This document shows, one piece after another, positions 14,601 through 26,959 of a stretch of DNA of 64,000 nucleotides. Position numbers and translations under genes: made by a program. The number at the start of each line of letters is the position of its first letter. Position 1 is the first letter of the stretch. The stretch is from Cyanophora paradoxa CCMP329. Its lineage: Eukaryota > Plantae > Glaucophyta. The DNA is taken from the NCBI GenBank assembly GCA_004431415.1, contig QPMI01000408.1, positions 558,001-622,000 on the forward strand. Reading direction: 5' to 3'. A model generated the notes under the pieces. The model saw only the letters and a list, made by a program, of their open reading frames with translations. It ran no database searches and was not told where the DNA came from.

Positions 14601-16790
14601 TCAAGTTGGAGGGGGAGCTGAAACACCTCAAAATCCACAAGGCGAGCTCTTCGGGTCTTTCTGTTTACGCCAAATGATTATCGTTAATGGTTCAAGCAGG
14701 ACGATCGCGGAAAGAAAGTCAAGATGGTATCTGATGACCTGGCCAAGAGGAAGAGTGAACTCGCTGTCATTCAGCCCCAAGTAAAGCAGCTGGAGTCTGC
14801 TCTGCAAGCAAGAGAAGGAGAAATCGTTTCTTTGCAGAGCAGAGTGAATACGGTTGCAAATCGGCTGTTTGCTAGCTTCTGCAGATCCGTGGGTGTCGAG
14901 AACATCGAGGACTACGAGAACAAGAAGGGGAAGCTTGCCCAGGAAAGAAGCAAGGTGCGAATGGAGATGGAGGCGCACAAGAGTCGCCTTCAGAACGAGT
15001 GCGCCGTCTCTTCTAGATTTCAACTTGAATATTGCTTGTTAACTTCAAGTGTCCTGTTGCCCAGCTTGCAATACAAGAAGAGCCGGAAGCTTGAAACACC
15101 TCTGAGGAACATCAATGCCACTATTTCCAATGACGAGGAAGAGCTAAGAAAGGCGAAGAAGCAGGAGGGGGTGGTGACCAAGGCAATTTCGAAGCTCGAA
15201 AAAGAGCTGGCAGGTTTCGAGAAGCAGGTCCAAGGTTTGCCGCAGTGCCAACAGCGGCCATGATCTTTGCTGACACATTTGGCAGATTTGGGAACTCAGA
15301 TCGGCGACATTGAAGCAGAGGCGAAGGTGTTCAGAAAAGAAGAAGCAGAAGCTTCCAAAAGGGTGGGTGATGCCAAGCGGAAGCTCACAGCAAAGGTGTT
15401 CAGCCGTCCGCCTGAGTTCGTTCATCAGAACTGCTGACCCTCTGCTGAGCAGGAAACAGAGATTGAAAAGTACAAGACAAAGCGGCATGCTGTCTTCCAA
15501 CGATGCAACCTGGAGGAAGTGCGCCTGCCAGTTCTCTCGGAAGGTGACAATTTTGCTCGATGAATGATCCCTGTCCCTTGTTGATGTCTTGCAGACGACA
15601 TGGAAATTGACAGTGGGCAAGAGCCTGGCCCCTCAACAAGCCAAGCTCGAGAGGAAGCACGGCCACTTCGAATTGATTACGAGAAGCTGGACTCCGATCT
15701 TAAAAATGTTCGAATTGCCGGTTCTCGCTTGGAGCACATGAACTTACTTCACCTCAGATTGCCAAACAAGAGGCCTTCGATAAGGCGTACTCAGAAATCG
15801 AAGCGGAGATCAAGAACTTGCAGGTAAATTCCGAAAAACAAGACAGCTGTATGTTCCAGAATGTGAGAGCTTCTGAGCAGGTTGAGATGGAGCGCATTGC
15901 CCCAAACATGAATGCCATTGCGAGATTGGAAGACGTGACCAATCGGCTGAAGGAAACCACGGAGCTTTTCGACCAGCATCGAAAGGAATCGGAAGAGGCG
16001 ACGAGGAATTTCAACCAGATAAGACAAGAGAGGTACAAAAGCAAGCCTGTGCCTGAAAATTTGGCACCCTAACACATCCCCAGATACGATCGCTTCATGC
16101 AAGCTTTCAACCACATCTCTGAGCGCATTGACAAGGTGTACAAGGACCTCACCAAGAGCAAGGATCATCCGACGGGGGGATCTGCAACGCTTGTCCTGGA
16201 AGACCCAGAGGAACCCTACAACAAGGGGATTCAGGTCTACTTTCTCTTCGACTTGTCTCTCAAGAGTTGAAATCACTGATTCCCTATCAGTTCACATCAA
16301 TGCCGCCTCTTAAGCGATTTAGAGGAATGGAGCAGCTCTCTGGAGGCGAGAAAACAGTGGCAGCACTGGCTCTGCTGTTTGCCATTCACAGGTGCTCAAC
16401 ACGCCCATCCAGCTGTTCGATTTGATGCTGATAGACATTTGTCTAGCTATCAACCTTCTCCATTCTTTGTGCTCGACGAAGTGGATGCAGCTCTGGACAA
16501 CATCAACGTGAACAGGGTTGCCAATTACATCCGCAAGCGAACAATGGAGGACCAAGACTTCCAGGTAGGCTACACACCAAATCCTTGTTTTTTCGATACC
16601 AATCATTCTGCAGGCCATTGTTATCAGCTTGAAGGACACGTTTTACGAAAAAGCAGAGGCCCTCATTGGTACGAAAGAAGAAGATCTTGCCTTGATGGGA
16701 CCTGACAAGGCGTGTGATGCAGGCATTCACAAGGACAGCCAAGCATTCGTTTCTGGAACACTCACCCTCGACCTCTCACAGTATTCTTGA
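11684..16790 (+). CDS. SMC1: Structural maintenance of chromosomes protein 1 (cohesin)
   Basis: [57 protein letters not shown], hinge [18 protein letters not shown], signature [18 protein letters not shown], Walker [29 protein letters not shown]. Confidence 0.97.
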
Positions 16791-17003
16791 AAACAGCACA
16801 GCCTAAGAGCATGCCAGTTTGCTTTTTCAAAACTCTTGGGCGCAGCTCAGCACACCATTGAATTGTTCCTCCTGCCAGCCTTGCGCTGATCGATGTCCTA
16901 CGAGAAGGACACCACAGACGAGGAGCTCGAAAACACCACAGACGTTGGTTGCAATTGCAGTGGGCTCGGGCATGCGCAACCGAGCTCGCGATCGCGCTCC
17001 GCT

Positions 17004-17601
17004 ATAGCTAGCCGCGGGCCCTGCGTTGCCCTCTAGATCTACGGCATACGCATTTGCGCAGCTAGGTCTGAGGCCTCTTAAACATCGCCGGTGCCATGCA
17101 CTCGGCCCCGTAATTATAAACCGATAGGTCACCATGACGGTTCCCCTGTTGCCCACTGAGTGCCGCCGGTGCCATAGTTGCCTACTGGGTGGCGCCGGCG
17201 CCACCAGACCACAAAACCCGGAAACCCCCTCGCCCCAACGCCCCCGACAGTAGCCCGAGCGAGGCACAAGCTGCGGACTGTTGAATTGCATCTCCTCAAG
17301 AAATAGCTAGCCGCGGGCCCTGCGTTGCCCTCTAGATCTACGGCATACGCATTTGCGCAGCTAGGTCTGAGGCCTCTTAAACATCGCCGGTGCCATGCAC
17401 TCGGCCCCGTAATTATAAACCGATAGGTCACCATGACGGTTCCCCTGTTGCCCACTGAGTGCCGCCGGTGCCATAGTTGCCTACTGGGTGGCGCCGGCGC
17501 CACCAGACCACAAAACCCGGAAACCCCCTCGCCCCAACGCCCCCGACAGTAGCCCGAGCGAGGCACAAGCTGCGGACTGTTGAATTGCATCTCCTCAAGA
17601 A
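17004..17601. repeat. 299-bp tandem duplication (2 copies, no differences seen)
   Basis: atagctagccgcgggccc...ctcctcaagaa at 17004-17302 and 17303-17601. Confidence 0.95.
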
Positions 17602-17611
17602 AAGATTCCAA

Positions 17612-18727
17612 TTAGCGGCGATAATCCCGATCGTCACGGCGGTAGGGGTCATCGCGACGATAGTCGTCTGCGCCCGGGAGAGTCATGATGCAGGCGACTC
17701 TTAAGTCGAAAACGCTGTGTGCTCACCACGACGGTCTTCGCGGCGGTCATCACGCCCGTAGCCGCCGTACCCGCGGTCGTCTGTTTGCTGTAAGAATGAT
17801 GAAACTGAAGTCGAAACGAAAGGACGCACCACGGTAGCCTCCAGCCCGGTAGTCATCACGACCGCCATAGCTCCCTCGGTCGTCCCGGTACCCACGGTCG
17901 TCGCGCCTGTCGTAGCCGCCGCCGCCGCTGCCGCCGTAGCTGCCACGGTCTCCATAGCTCCGATCACCGTAGCCCCCACCGCGATCATAGCGCGGTCGGT
18001 CGTAGGGACCAGCACGCGGGGGACGATCGCTTCCGCGCTCCGGACCTGCGGGCGGGGATGAGCCGGCGTAGTTCATTTGATCGAACTGTGAAACGAGATG
18101 CGGCACACCGTACTTCGTCGACGCCTCCGGGGGACCGAGGTATCGCCCAGGAGTGGGGCTGTGAGCACGGCTGCGGCGGGCCTTTTCAACGACGATTTTC
18201 CGTCCATCCACTTCTAGGCCGTTGAGTTTCCGGATGCACTCCTCGGCTTCATCATGGGAGCTCATGGTGACGAAGCCGAACCCGCTGCGCCGAGTTGGTG
18301 AAAAACTGGGCTGGGGCAGCTTCGCCGCGCGTTGCACCGAGATTCGGTCGTCCGTGGAACCATGACAAGCTTGCAGTCGCGCTGAGTGGCTGCATCAGTG
18401 GGCGGATTCGCTGCGGCTGCCGAATGAACTTGCCACTCGTCCATGGCGGTTGAACATGTCGATCAGCTCTTGCTCGGTTGTCTTGAAAGACATGTTGCTG
18501 ACATACAGGTTGTTTCCCTGCACGTCGGAACATCAGCGCTGCTTCCCGAAAGAAGAGCGAAAGCCGCCGACCTCGTTCCTCGCGGTCTGCCCAGCAGCAG
18601 AGTCGCGGTCGCGACGATCTTCGCGGTCATCGCGGCGATCGTCCCGGCGATCCTCGCGGGATTCGTCCCGCTCCCGCCGCGGAGACCGGGACCTCGAGCG
18701 CGACCGGGGACGGCCCTCGCCTTCCAT
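17612..18727 (-). CDS. Tra2/SR45a-like RS-RRM splicing factor
   Basis: RSRSRSRSP N-terminus; RRM NNLYVSNMSF...GFGFVTM; linker VEKARRSRAHSPTPGRYLG; RG/D/Y-rich tail. Confidence 0.9.
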
Positions 18728-19069
18728 CGCTGAAGATCTGTTCGCGGCGGACACTTCAGGGGGCTGCGGGGACGCGGGGCGGCTTTGCGGACCGAAGGTG
18801 GGGGGGCTAAGTCGCTGTGAGCTGTACCCTGCAATCTTTAGCTTTGACTGAGCTGTCCCGGCCAACGGCGGCGCGGAAATGCTCCCGAGGCGCGCGAGAC
18901 ACAGCGAGGGAGAGAAGAGAAGCCTTGCATCCAGTACGCACGCCCCGCCCTGACCTGGGCCGTTTCCTCTGATCGCTCCTTGCATTTGAAGAGCTGGGCT
19001 CATTCTTCGGGCGGTCGCCCTCTGAAGCCAGCTCGTCGATCTACGATACGCCACGGTCAGAAACGGGAT

Positions 19070-20369
19070 ATGCTGCCCCAGAGTCCGGTTCCCGGCCTAC
19101 GAGCCCAAGGGTGCGCTCGGCGCCGCCCCAGTCTGTTTAGGCAGCCAGATCTTGTTAATTACACCTAGCTTCTTACTCCCACCACTTAGCTAGCGCCCGT
19201 GCGCATAGTTTACGTCTGCGGGACCGTTCTCGTAACAGTGGCTGCCCTTGTGCTCGGCTGCCCGCGCTCGCATTGCGGAGCTGACGCTCGGAACAGGTCG
19301 AGTATGTGAGCCCAATTCTTTCATCCTCCGCGGAAAGGATCCACGCCGGTCCAAGCAGTTCGCCCTTGGGGTTCAACTCGCTAGAGCGGACCGAGGTTGC
19401 TGCAGGGGCGCACACTGCGCGGGCGGGCCGTTCACAGCACCGTGCGCACTTCCGTCAATTGTTTCAAGCGCAGCGTCGCTGAAGCTGCTGCCTTCAGGGG
19501 AGTCGCCCGGCGCACGGTCCAGATCGGCGGCGCCCGTGCTGCATGCGCAAGGACAGGGGAGAGGCAGCTGGCGAGGCGAGGACAGTACTGATTCACAGGG
19601 ACGGTTGCGGGAGCAGCGTTTCGGTTCGAGCGTGCCAGTGGCCTGCTTCCAGGAGATTGAGAACCAGTTGCGGCAAGAGGAAGAACTCACTGCTTATATA
19701 ACAAAGGAATTAGAGGTGCGTATCATTCAAGGTGTACATGTGCTAGTATATCCGACCCGGCTAATGCCCCCAACAGAGTGTGAAGCGAGCGATGGAGATG
19801 ATTGTGGCATCAGCACAGCGGAAAAAACAAGCTCACAGGATGCGGGTGATGAAGTTGAGCAGTGACTACAAAGCGAAAGCATCGCGACTAGATGCCGAGA
19901 TCGCTCAGCTGGAGAGTGTTTTCAGCTCGTTGACGGGACAGGTCGAACACTCCAGGCGAATGGTGCGTTTCATAATGTTCGTTCCTTCTTCTTTTGTGCA
20001 CCTCTCAGTCTCGCGTAGGAGTGTGGGGGGTGTGGTGACGTGTTTTCGCTTCTCCGTGATGACAGTGGAAAGATGGAGTTCGAAGGGCGAGCCCCACAGA
20101 TACAATCGGCGCGGCCAGTGCTACAGTCTCTTTCTTCTTCGGCATCTTCCTCACAGCACACTGGCGTTCAACAGTCGAGGACCGACGAGGAGCTCCTTGA
20201 CAGAAGGAGAGTCTATGGGTCTTCCTATGGTTCAAGTCACAATTCACCTCACCGATCTAGACCAGTTACCTCGCGAGACACTTTCACCAACCCGGACAGG
20301 CAGAGATGGGACGCATATGGCTCAAGTCAGTTTAATACTGGCTCAACTGGGACCGGAAGCTACTCTTAA
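19070..20369 (+). CDS. Hypothetical multi-exon protein with central coiled coil and Ser-rich tail
   Basis: Spliceable exons EIENQLRQEEELTAYITKELE|SVKRAMEMIV...|ECGGCGDVFSLL...; start uncertain. Confidence 0.5.
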
Positions 20370-20772
20370 TTTTTGTTCTAGTCTTGTATCTCATTTCATC
20401 CTGTAGCAGCACATCTGTAAATTTGCATTTCATCATAACACGTGATGTTCACTAGCGGCTAGCTAGGAGCACACCTGTGGTCTAGTGGTGAGGCCGAAGC
20501 CAGGGGGCCGCGGCCAAGGCCTGGGGTGGCCGGGGCTGGAGGAGTGGCCGAAGCTGGGAGGGAGGGGCCGGCCGACGGCTGGGCCCGGGGGGGTACTGAG
20601 GGCGGGATATCGATGGGATCCGCTTACATGTGCGAGGTGTCGGTGTGGACAAAGGCATTCCCCCTCCCCAGCCCCACCGGTTACGTTCTTCTTGAATTGA
20701 GCTTGAGCTTAGAAAGATCATCACGCTAACACTCACAAAACAGGTCATGGTTTGTTAAAAGTAAAACAAAAG

Positions 20773-23700
20773 CTAGTTCAACGTGCCCCTACACCTGGCT
20801 GTTCCACAGAAGCATGGAATTTTGACCTCCTCCCTCTCAAATTTGTAGTCGTACGTGATTTCTTGGCTCTCTTCAATGTCCCGTGCTGCCAGACATACAA
20901 TTTTGGATTTGTTGCGAATCGTAATGATGGTCATGGAGCAATTCGGATCACAGGAGTGGTTCACAAAGCGGGCCTTGTTCGCTTTCTGGGACAGACGGGA
21001 GCATTTGCAAGTGGCGAATACATTGACCAGCACGACACACACCTTTGTAGCATCAATGATCTCGGTTTCACTGATTCTGAAGAAATAATCGCCAAGACGC
21101 TCCTTCCGGTATTTTGGCTCCCGCAAATCAGCAACCTGCACAAGGAAGGAAAAAAAACTTAAGACTTGTGCAACGTATTGAAGTGTGCAAGTACACACGG
21201 GTGGTTGGATGACTTCTCCAACGTACTCGAAGACCATAGAGCCAGCTGGGTACCGGTGTGGTGCAAACACACCAACAGCATGAGCAGAAGACTTTCCGAG
21301 GCGGAGACTGTGCGACATTTTTTGCATGAGAGGTGCAGGCGACACAATCACAGGAACGGACCACTGCATTGTGTTCTTCATATCATCATATTGTCGCTCA
21401 AGAAGGTCTTGATCAGCACCCTCCAACCTACAAACGTAAGATATGTGAGAAGGCAGCATGCATCTCATAGAGCTCTGGCAGAGACAAACCGCAGCAGGCG
21501 CTTAGCAGGCTGAACAGCTCGCGTAGGAAGGAGTGCCGAATGCAAACGATATCTTGCAGGCTCCTGCTGTGTGACCATACAGTCCAAATGACGGCTGAAG
21601 GAATCCAACAGCGTGAATGGGCGTCGGACGTATGGGGCTGCCCGTGCACACCCCTCCTCTGACAACGGTCCTGAGTAATTCTGTCAGTGCAGGACATCCT
21701 GCGACAGAAACGTTTCGCACCACACACGACACTCTTTATTCCTGGAGCAATGTCATTAACTTCCTTCGTCAGGGGCGGACCATCGTTGATTGGTCCACCA
21801 GCCCGGTTCCTCAGCACTCGGGGGGTCTTTCGCGAGGGCGACATCGTTGATGCAATGTGGCTCGAAGTGGCTGGGGTGTCAGGCGTTCTGGACGGCGCTG
21901 GAGGTTCGAAAGAGCTGCTCTTGTTCTCGGTGTCCATGGGCACAGGTAACGGAGGAGGTAATGGGGGAGGTGGAGGGAGGTCAGATTCTGCAGAAGACAA
22001 TTTTTGGTGACGCAAACGCGATTTCAGAGAAATTGGAGTCCCCTGAGATCCGCCATCTTCTAAGCCCGAGCTCTCATCGGTCTTGTGGGACCGCCCCCTC
22101 TTCCTCTTCGATTTCATTGGGGCAGTTGTGGCCTCATCATCCGCCTGGCGCTTCCATTAGATTTGCAGAGCACAGACGTCTGCATGAGAACATACCTCCG
22201 CATCGTCCTTTTGAGGCAAGGGCTCAGGTCCAGACGAGTGCTGTCCCTCATCTGGCACAGTGTGTGTGAGGGGTCTGCCCACATCTTCGAAGCACATACA
22301 CAGTACCTGTGACTGAAGTTTGTTGTTGCTGGAGAACCACATCAGCAGCCTCTACATGGTTTGCTGGAGCACAGGGTGAAGACGTTGGAGAAGGACTTTT
22401 CTTGAGCTCGTGATCGCCTTTCCGGTGGGACCTTCGGGATGTGATCATGTCGAAGAGCAGATTTGATGAGCTGGAGAGGGATCAGCAATTGTGCCTGCAA
22501 CAAGAAAGTGACAGCCAACCTTCCTGCAGAAGAAGCAGCTGCTCGAAGCTGCTGAATCTCGTTTCGTTTCCGGCGCTTCCGCTTTTCAGTGGATAATGCT
22601 GGAGCATCGTGTGTCACTTCCCGATCGGAAAGATCAGATATCTTAATTTGCTCTGGTGTCCCCTTGCTGTCGGCATCTCCCTCCTGCAAATGGCAGTCGT
22701 GTGAACGGCTAAATGAAGACATTTTGTCAAAGAGAGTGCTGCACCTGTACACTTGGATGGAGCTGAATAGGCGAGCCGTCTGGCGTGCAGGCAGCAAGAG
22801 TGCAATGCTCTGGCGCTGAGACATTTGCAGCATTCTCTTGCTCAGCTGGCAGATTTATTAATGAAAAAAGTAGGTAAACAGCAACTGCAGGTGTACGCAC
22901 CAGTCTGAGTGTTCTCAGAGCGGGTAGACGATTCTGGTTCATTGCAAGGGTCCTCATCTGGTATGACACAGACATCGCCACCTGCATGGCTTTCAACACA
23001 TGCCTACATTCGATGCACGAACTCTCTCACCTCGATCCTGAGGACTAGTTTCAACTCCTGCATCTGCCACATCTTCTCCCTCTTCATGCTCCTGCTTGAC
23101 TTTGATGAGAGGACTAGCATCTGCAACGATATGGGAGGGCTCCTCATGCTCCAGGCCAGGTTGTGCTTCCGAAAAAGCCGTGCACTTATCATCTATTGAA
23201 TCTTCTGCCGGCCGGGCTGGTTCGGCAGGACTACTTAGATGAGCACTGAGAAGACAAATGGCCGTCCACAAGCGTTCCATTGCCAAGCCATACAGCCTGC
23301 ACGCCTCACTTGCACGGAAGATAGAATCTGCGAAGATAAAGCGGCTAAATAGACTGATTACCCATTCAATCCACGAAACTTCAAGTACCTGCCCGGAGCT
23401 CTCGAACATCGTCATAGCAAGTATCGTCGAACGGAGCAGTTACGTTCCACTGAACAGAAGGCCCATCTGATGCCTGCTTCGGCTTGGAAGACGAGTCAGA
23501 ATGTCGGGTCTTCAGAGCCTCCTTTCCCTTAATAAACTTGGATGGGGCACTGCTCCGCTTCACCAGAGACTTGCTTGGGTGTAATCTGTTCTTGCTGTTT
23601 GAGCGTGCTCCTGGGCTAGAGCTGCTTGCTCCCTCTTGAATGTGCTCGTCGTCCGACGAGACCCTCTCTCCACTATAAATACGCTTGAGACCTAAGAAAA

Positions 23701-26376
23701 ACGAAGTTATGTTCGATCAAGAGAGCGAAGGATCACGTATTCACCACCTAGGATGACCGGAATGCATTTGTCCTTCGCGAGCCTACGAGTACGAGCCTTG
23801 TCGTTTCCAGAGATCAGGGCAGAGATGTCCCAGAGCTGCTTCTGCCATAGAGTCATGAGGTCTTCGTGAGTAGCCTTCTTCACGAAGTTGATGGCTTGCG
23901 ATTTTGTTGGATTTGAAGCAAGGAACTCTGATGTGCGATTGAAGAACTCTGAGTCGCCGGCAACATATCCTTTGCCATGGGAGGATCGGGGCAGGTACAA
24001 ATAAGCTGTCGAACTTTGTAGACGTTCGTTTGAGTCTGTCCTTTTCAGCTTGGCGGGGCTGCTCGGCTTTGGAGGCACTCTTGCGTCTGCCAGAAGCTGG
24101 CTGTTGATCTCAGCATCCGGTAACAGCTTGCAGGTTAACAATGATGACCTCAGTAGCACTGTGAAATCGGCCTGTGCGTGATTGGTGGTGATAATACCCT
24201 ATCAATCAGACATGCAAGCATACCCAAAAAGAAGGCAAAGAGTAGGATGAACTTGCGAGCTTTGCTTTTATGTGGTCCCAATCCACATGAGGGGGGTAGA
24301 GGCTGTTCTTTCTCCTCCCCATTGAGGTCTGTTGAAGAACATGGTACTCATCTTCCCTGTAAAGGCCAACAAATGGAATTAAAACTTGCTCATCCACTGA
24401 GATTGATCAGGCCAAGGCCAAACCGGAAAATGGCATCTCCCAGCCGCTCAAGCATTCGATTCACGAGGTAGGCCGTGTCCACAGTCATGAACCGTTCGTT
24501 GAACTTGGTGAGAACACCTGGATGCCCCACCTAATTGTTTGAAGAACAAAAAGGGCAAGCACGAGAGACGCACTCGAGAAGAGTGCGAAGGCAACATCAA
24601 AAACCGGGAATGGATCTGCAAGTTGCTTCACAACAGGAGGCCGGTGTGCTGCAGTTGTCACATCACAGTCTGTTTTGCCCTCCGGTTGCTGAACGAGATT
24701 TTCTAATCCACCGGAGACAGGAGGAAAAACTGCAGGATCAAGAGTGAGGTGACCGAGCACCTAATGCTGCAAATATTTACCTGACGTGCTGCTCTGGTTG
24801 TGTTCCACACTCACACGCTCCTCTCTCTGGCGCCAGAAGCTCGGTTTTATGCAACATGGGCGGCCCTCTGGGCATGCGCATGGAGGAGGAAGAAAACGGA
24901 GCTGCAGAAGCAAAGCAAGCACGTCTTGATCGCTGGAACCGTACTCCATTGAGTCGATTACTCCAAGCAGGTGATTATGCACTCCCCTTTCGAGTACTTT
25001 CTGTTTAAGGAGGCTTACATTGGCCTTGCTCCACACCACGAGTTGTTTCCGAATGCTGTGAGCAAGATTTCCCGACTCAGCAAAATGGAGAGTAGGTAGG
25101 AACTGAATGGCGTACTGCTCGCACAGGGGGCAACGCAGGCAGTCACCCCTGTGCACCTTGGATGGTGGGCAGTGCTTATCTTGTGTTGATCTCAATTTCA
25201 GGCTTTGGAGAGCGGATGATGCCTCCGAATTTGATATACGTCTGTTCTTCCAGGATACAGTGTGTGCACCCTCAACAAAGCGGGAGAACACCAAGGCCTG
25301 GACTGACGGTGGAATCGATTTTTCTCTGCTTGAGGAGTCACTCAACAGATTCCCCAAAATCACAGGATGAGAAGCAAAAAAGTGGACAAACCGAGCACAA
25401 CGAACATAAAGCTTTCTAAGATTGTCAAGCCGATCTTGCACAAGTTGGCAGAGGTCGTTTCCGAACTTAAGCTGCCTCTCAGCTTCCACATAGAATGTAG
25501 TGCCAACCTGATTCACTGACAAACAGTTCCGGAAAATAGCCTGTCGACGACTGCAGTCAATCGTGAGGAATGATATACCAAACCACCATACCATATAATC
25601 GTCCCAGAAGTTCTGGATGGTCGTATACTGTCCTGAGTTAAGCTTGTTTCTCATAGTCGAGAAGCTGGAAAATTTTCAGAAAAACCGATACAGACGGACA
25701 GGAGATACAAATGACGCACTCCATAGGATATTTGACCATTTTGGAATAGCCAGGGACCTCCTCCTCGTCAACAGGCTCAAAGAAATATTCGTTAGAGTCC
25801 TGCAAATTGTTTTAGAGCTTTCACTACATTCAATTTCGGCACCCAGTCACCTCCCGGATCAGACGATCCAAGAAAAACCACATTGCCTTCCTGATGTTCG
25901 GGCTTTTCATGGAGGTGTTCATGAAAGGGAGACTTTTCAATGCCCAAGAGGGGAGGGGCCGAAGGATACTCCCCTCCAAAGACTTCTCGCCTGCTTGCCT
26001 GGTTGTATTTCCTGCTCGAGGGTGCGACGGGAGTTCCGAGATGTCTGGGAACCCGTCCTTGTTCTCGATGAAAACGCGACGAACTTCAGCTGCACGCTGT
26101 GCTGCTGCACGCTGAGGCCGGGAAGATGCAGCTGGGACCTGTGGTGCAGATGCTTCTTGTCGGACGGGTGCCGTATGCTGCACAGACTCCGTTAACATTA
26201 ATCCAAGAGGGACACCAATGAGTGCTAACCTCGCCGTCACTCCCACTCTTTGTGTGCGCTGGAGCATTTCTGGGGCTGGAACTGGAAAGCATGGTCGCAT
26301 GATGCTCTGACGCGGAAGCTAGCAGATGCAAGAAGTCAAAAGCCTGACTTCGTGGTTGAGCATTATCGATATCCAT
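20773..26376 (-). CDS. SET1/Trithorax-class histone H3K4 methyltransferase with N-terminal bromodomain
   Basis: C-terminal SET (VFEYVGEVI, DATKKANKARFVNHSCDPNC, EITYDYKF), post-SET CFCGTARCRGTLN*, WIN-like EGCARA. Bromodomain at ~25430-25900 (FFEPVDEEEVPGYSKMVKYPM..FSTMRNKL..Y..IFRNCLSVN). Continuity of the middle exons is not fully verified. Confidence 0.8.
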
Positions 26377-26959
26377 TGCCTCCCTCGCCTGTGGAATCGA
26401 ACGCGCAATCTCGCAATGCTGCCGAGCGCTTAGGATCCTAAGCTGCTGAGAAGCGCGCGCCAACCGAAAAGCGCACCTAGCTGCTGCGGCTGCGGCTGCC
26501 TAGCTGCTGCGGCTATCCAGAGCTAGAGCTTCTCATGCGGCCTCGATGTTTGTCGGATTTTGTGCGAAGGGCTCCGCACTAGTCGGAGAGAGATGAGAAC
26601 GCGCCTGTAGCGCGGGAAGTCGGTTAGCGCGGGAACACACGGGAGGCATCGGGAAGATGCGCGTATAGATGCCTAGTATGCACGCGCACTCGCCCTCGAG
26701 GAAATCGAAGTGCCACGCGCACCCGCCCTGAGTGCGAACCGAACTTTTGCGCAGTGCCGTACGGGCTTCTTTAAGGACACCGAGCGCTTCCAATCCCGCA
26801 GAAAGCACCTGCAATCCAGGCTGGACGCGCAAGTAACAACAGAACCGATCACTTGGGCTGAATTGCTAGCGCAACTGTACCCGGGCGATGCTCAGCGGCT
26901 CCCCCCCACCTTAAATTCAAATTCCCCATGGCCACGCATATGCATAGGCTAGTGCTAGC

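Noticed and set aside
11684-16790. Alternative genetic code or frameshifting to explain fragmented ORFs
   Set aside because: The interruptions I traced are resolved by short GT/GC-AG introns, and all three stop codons terminate genes in the window.
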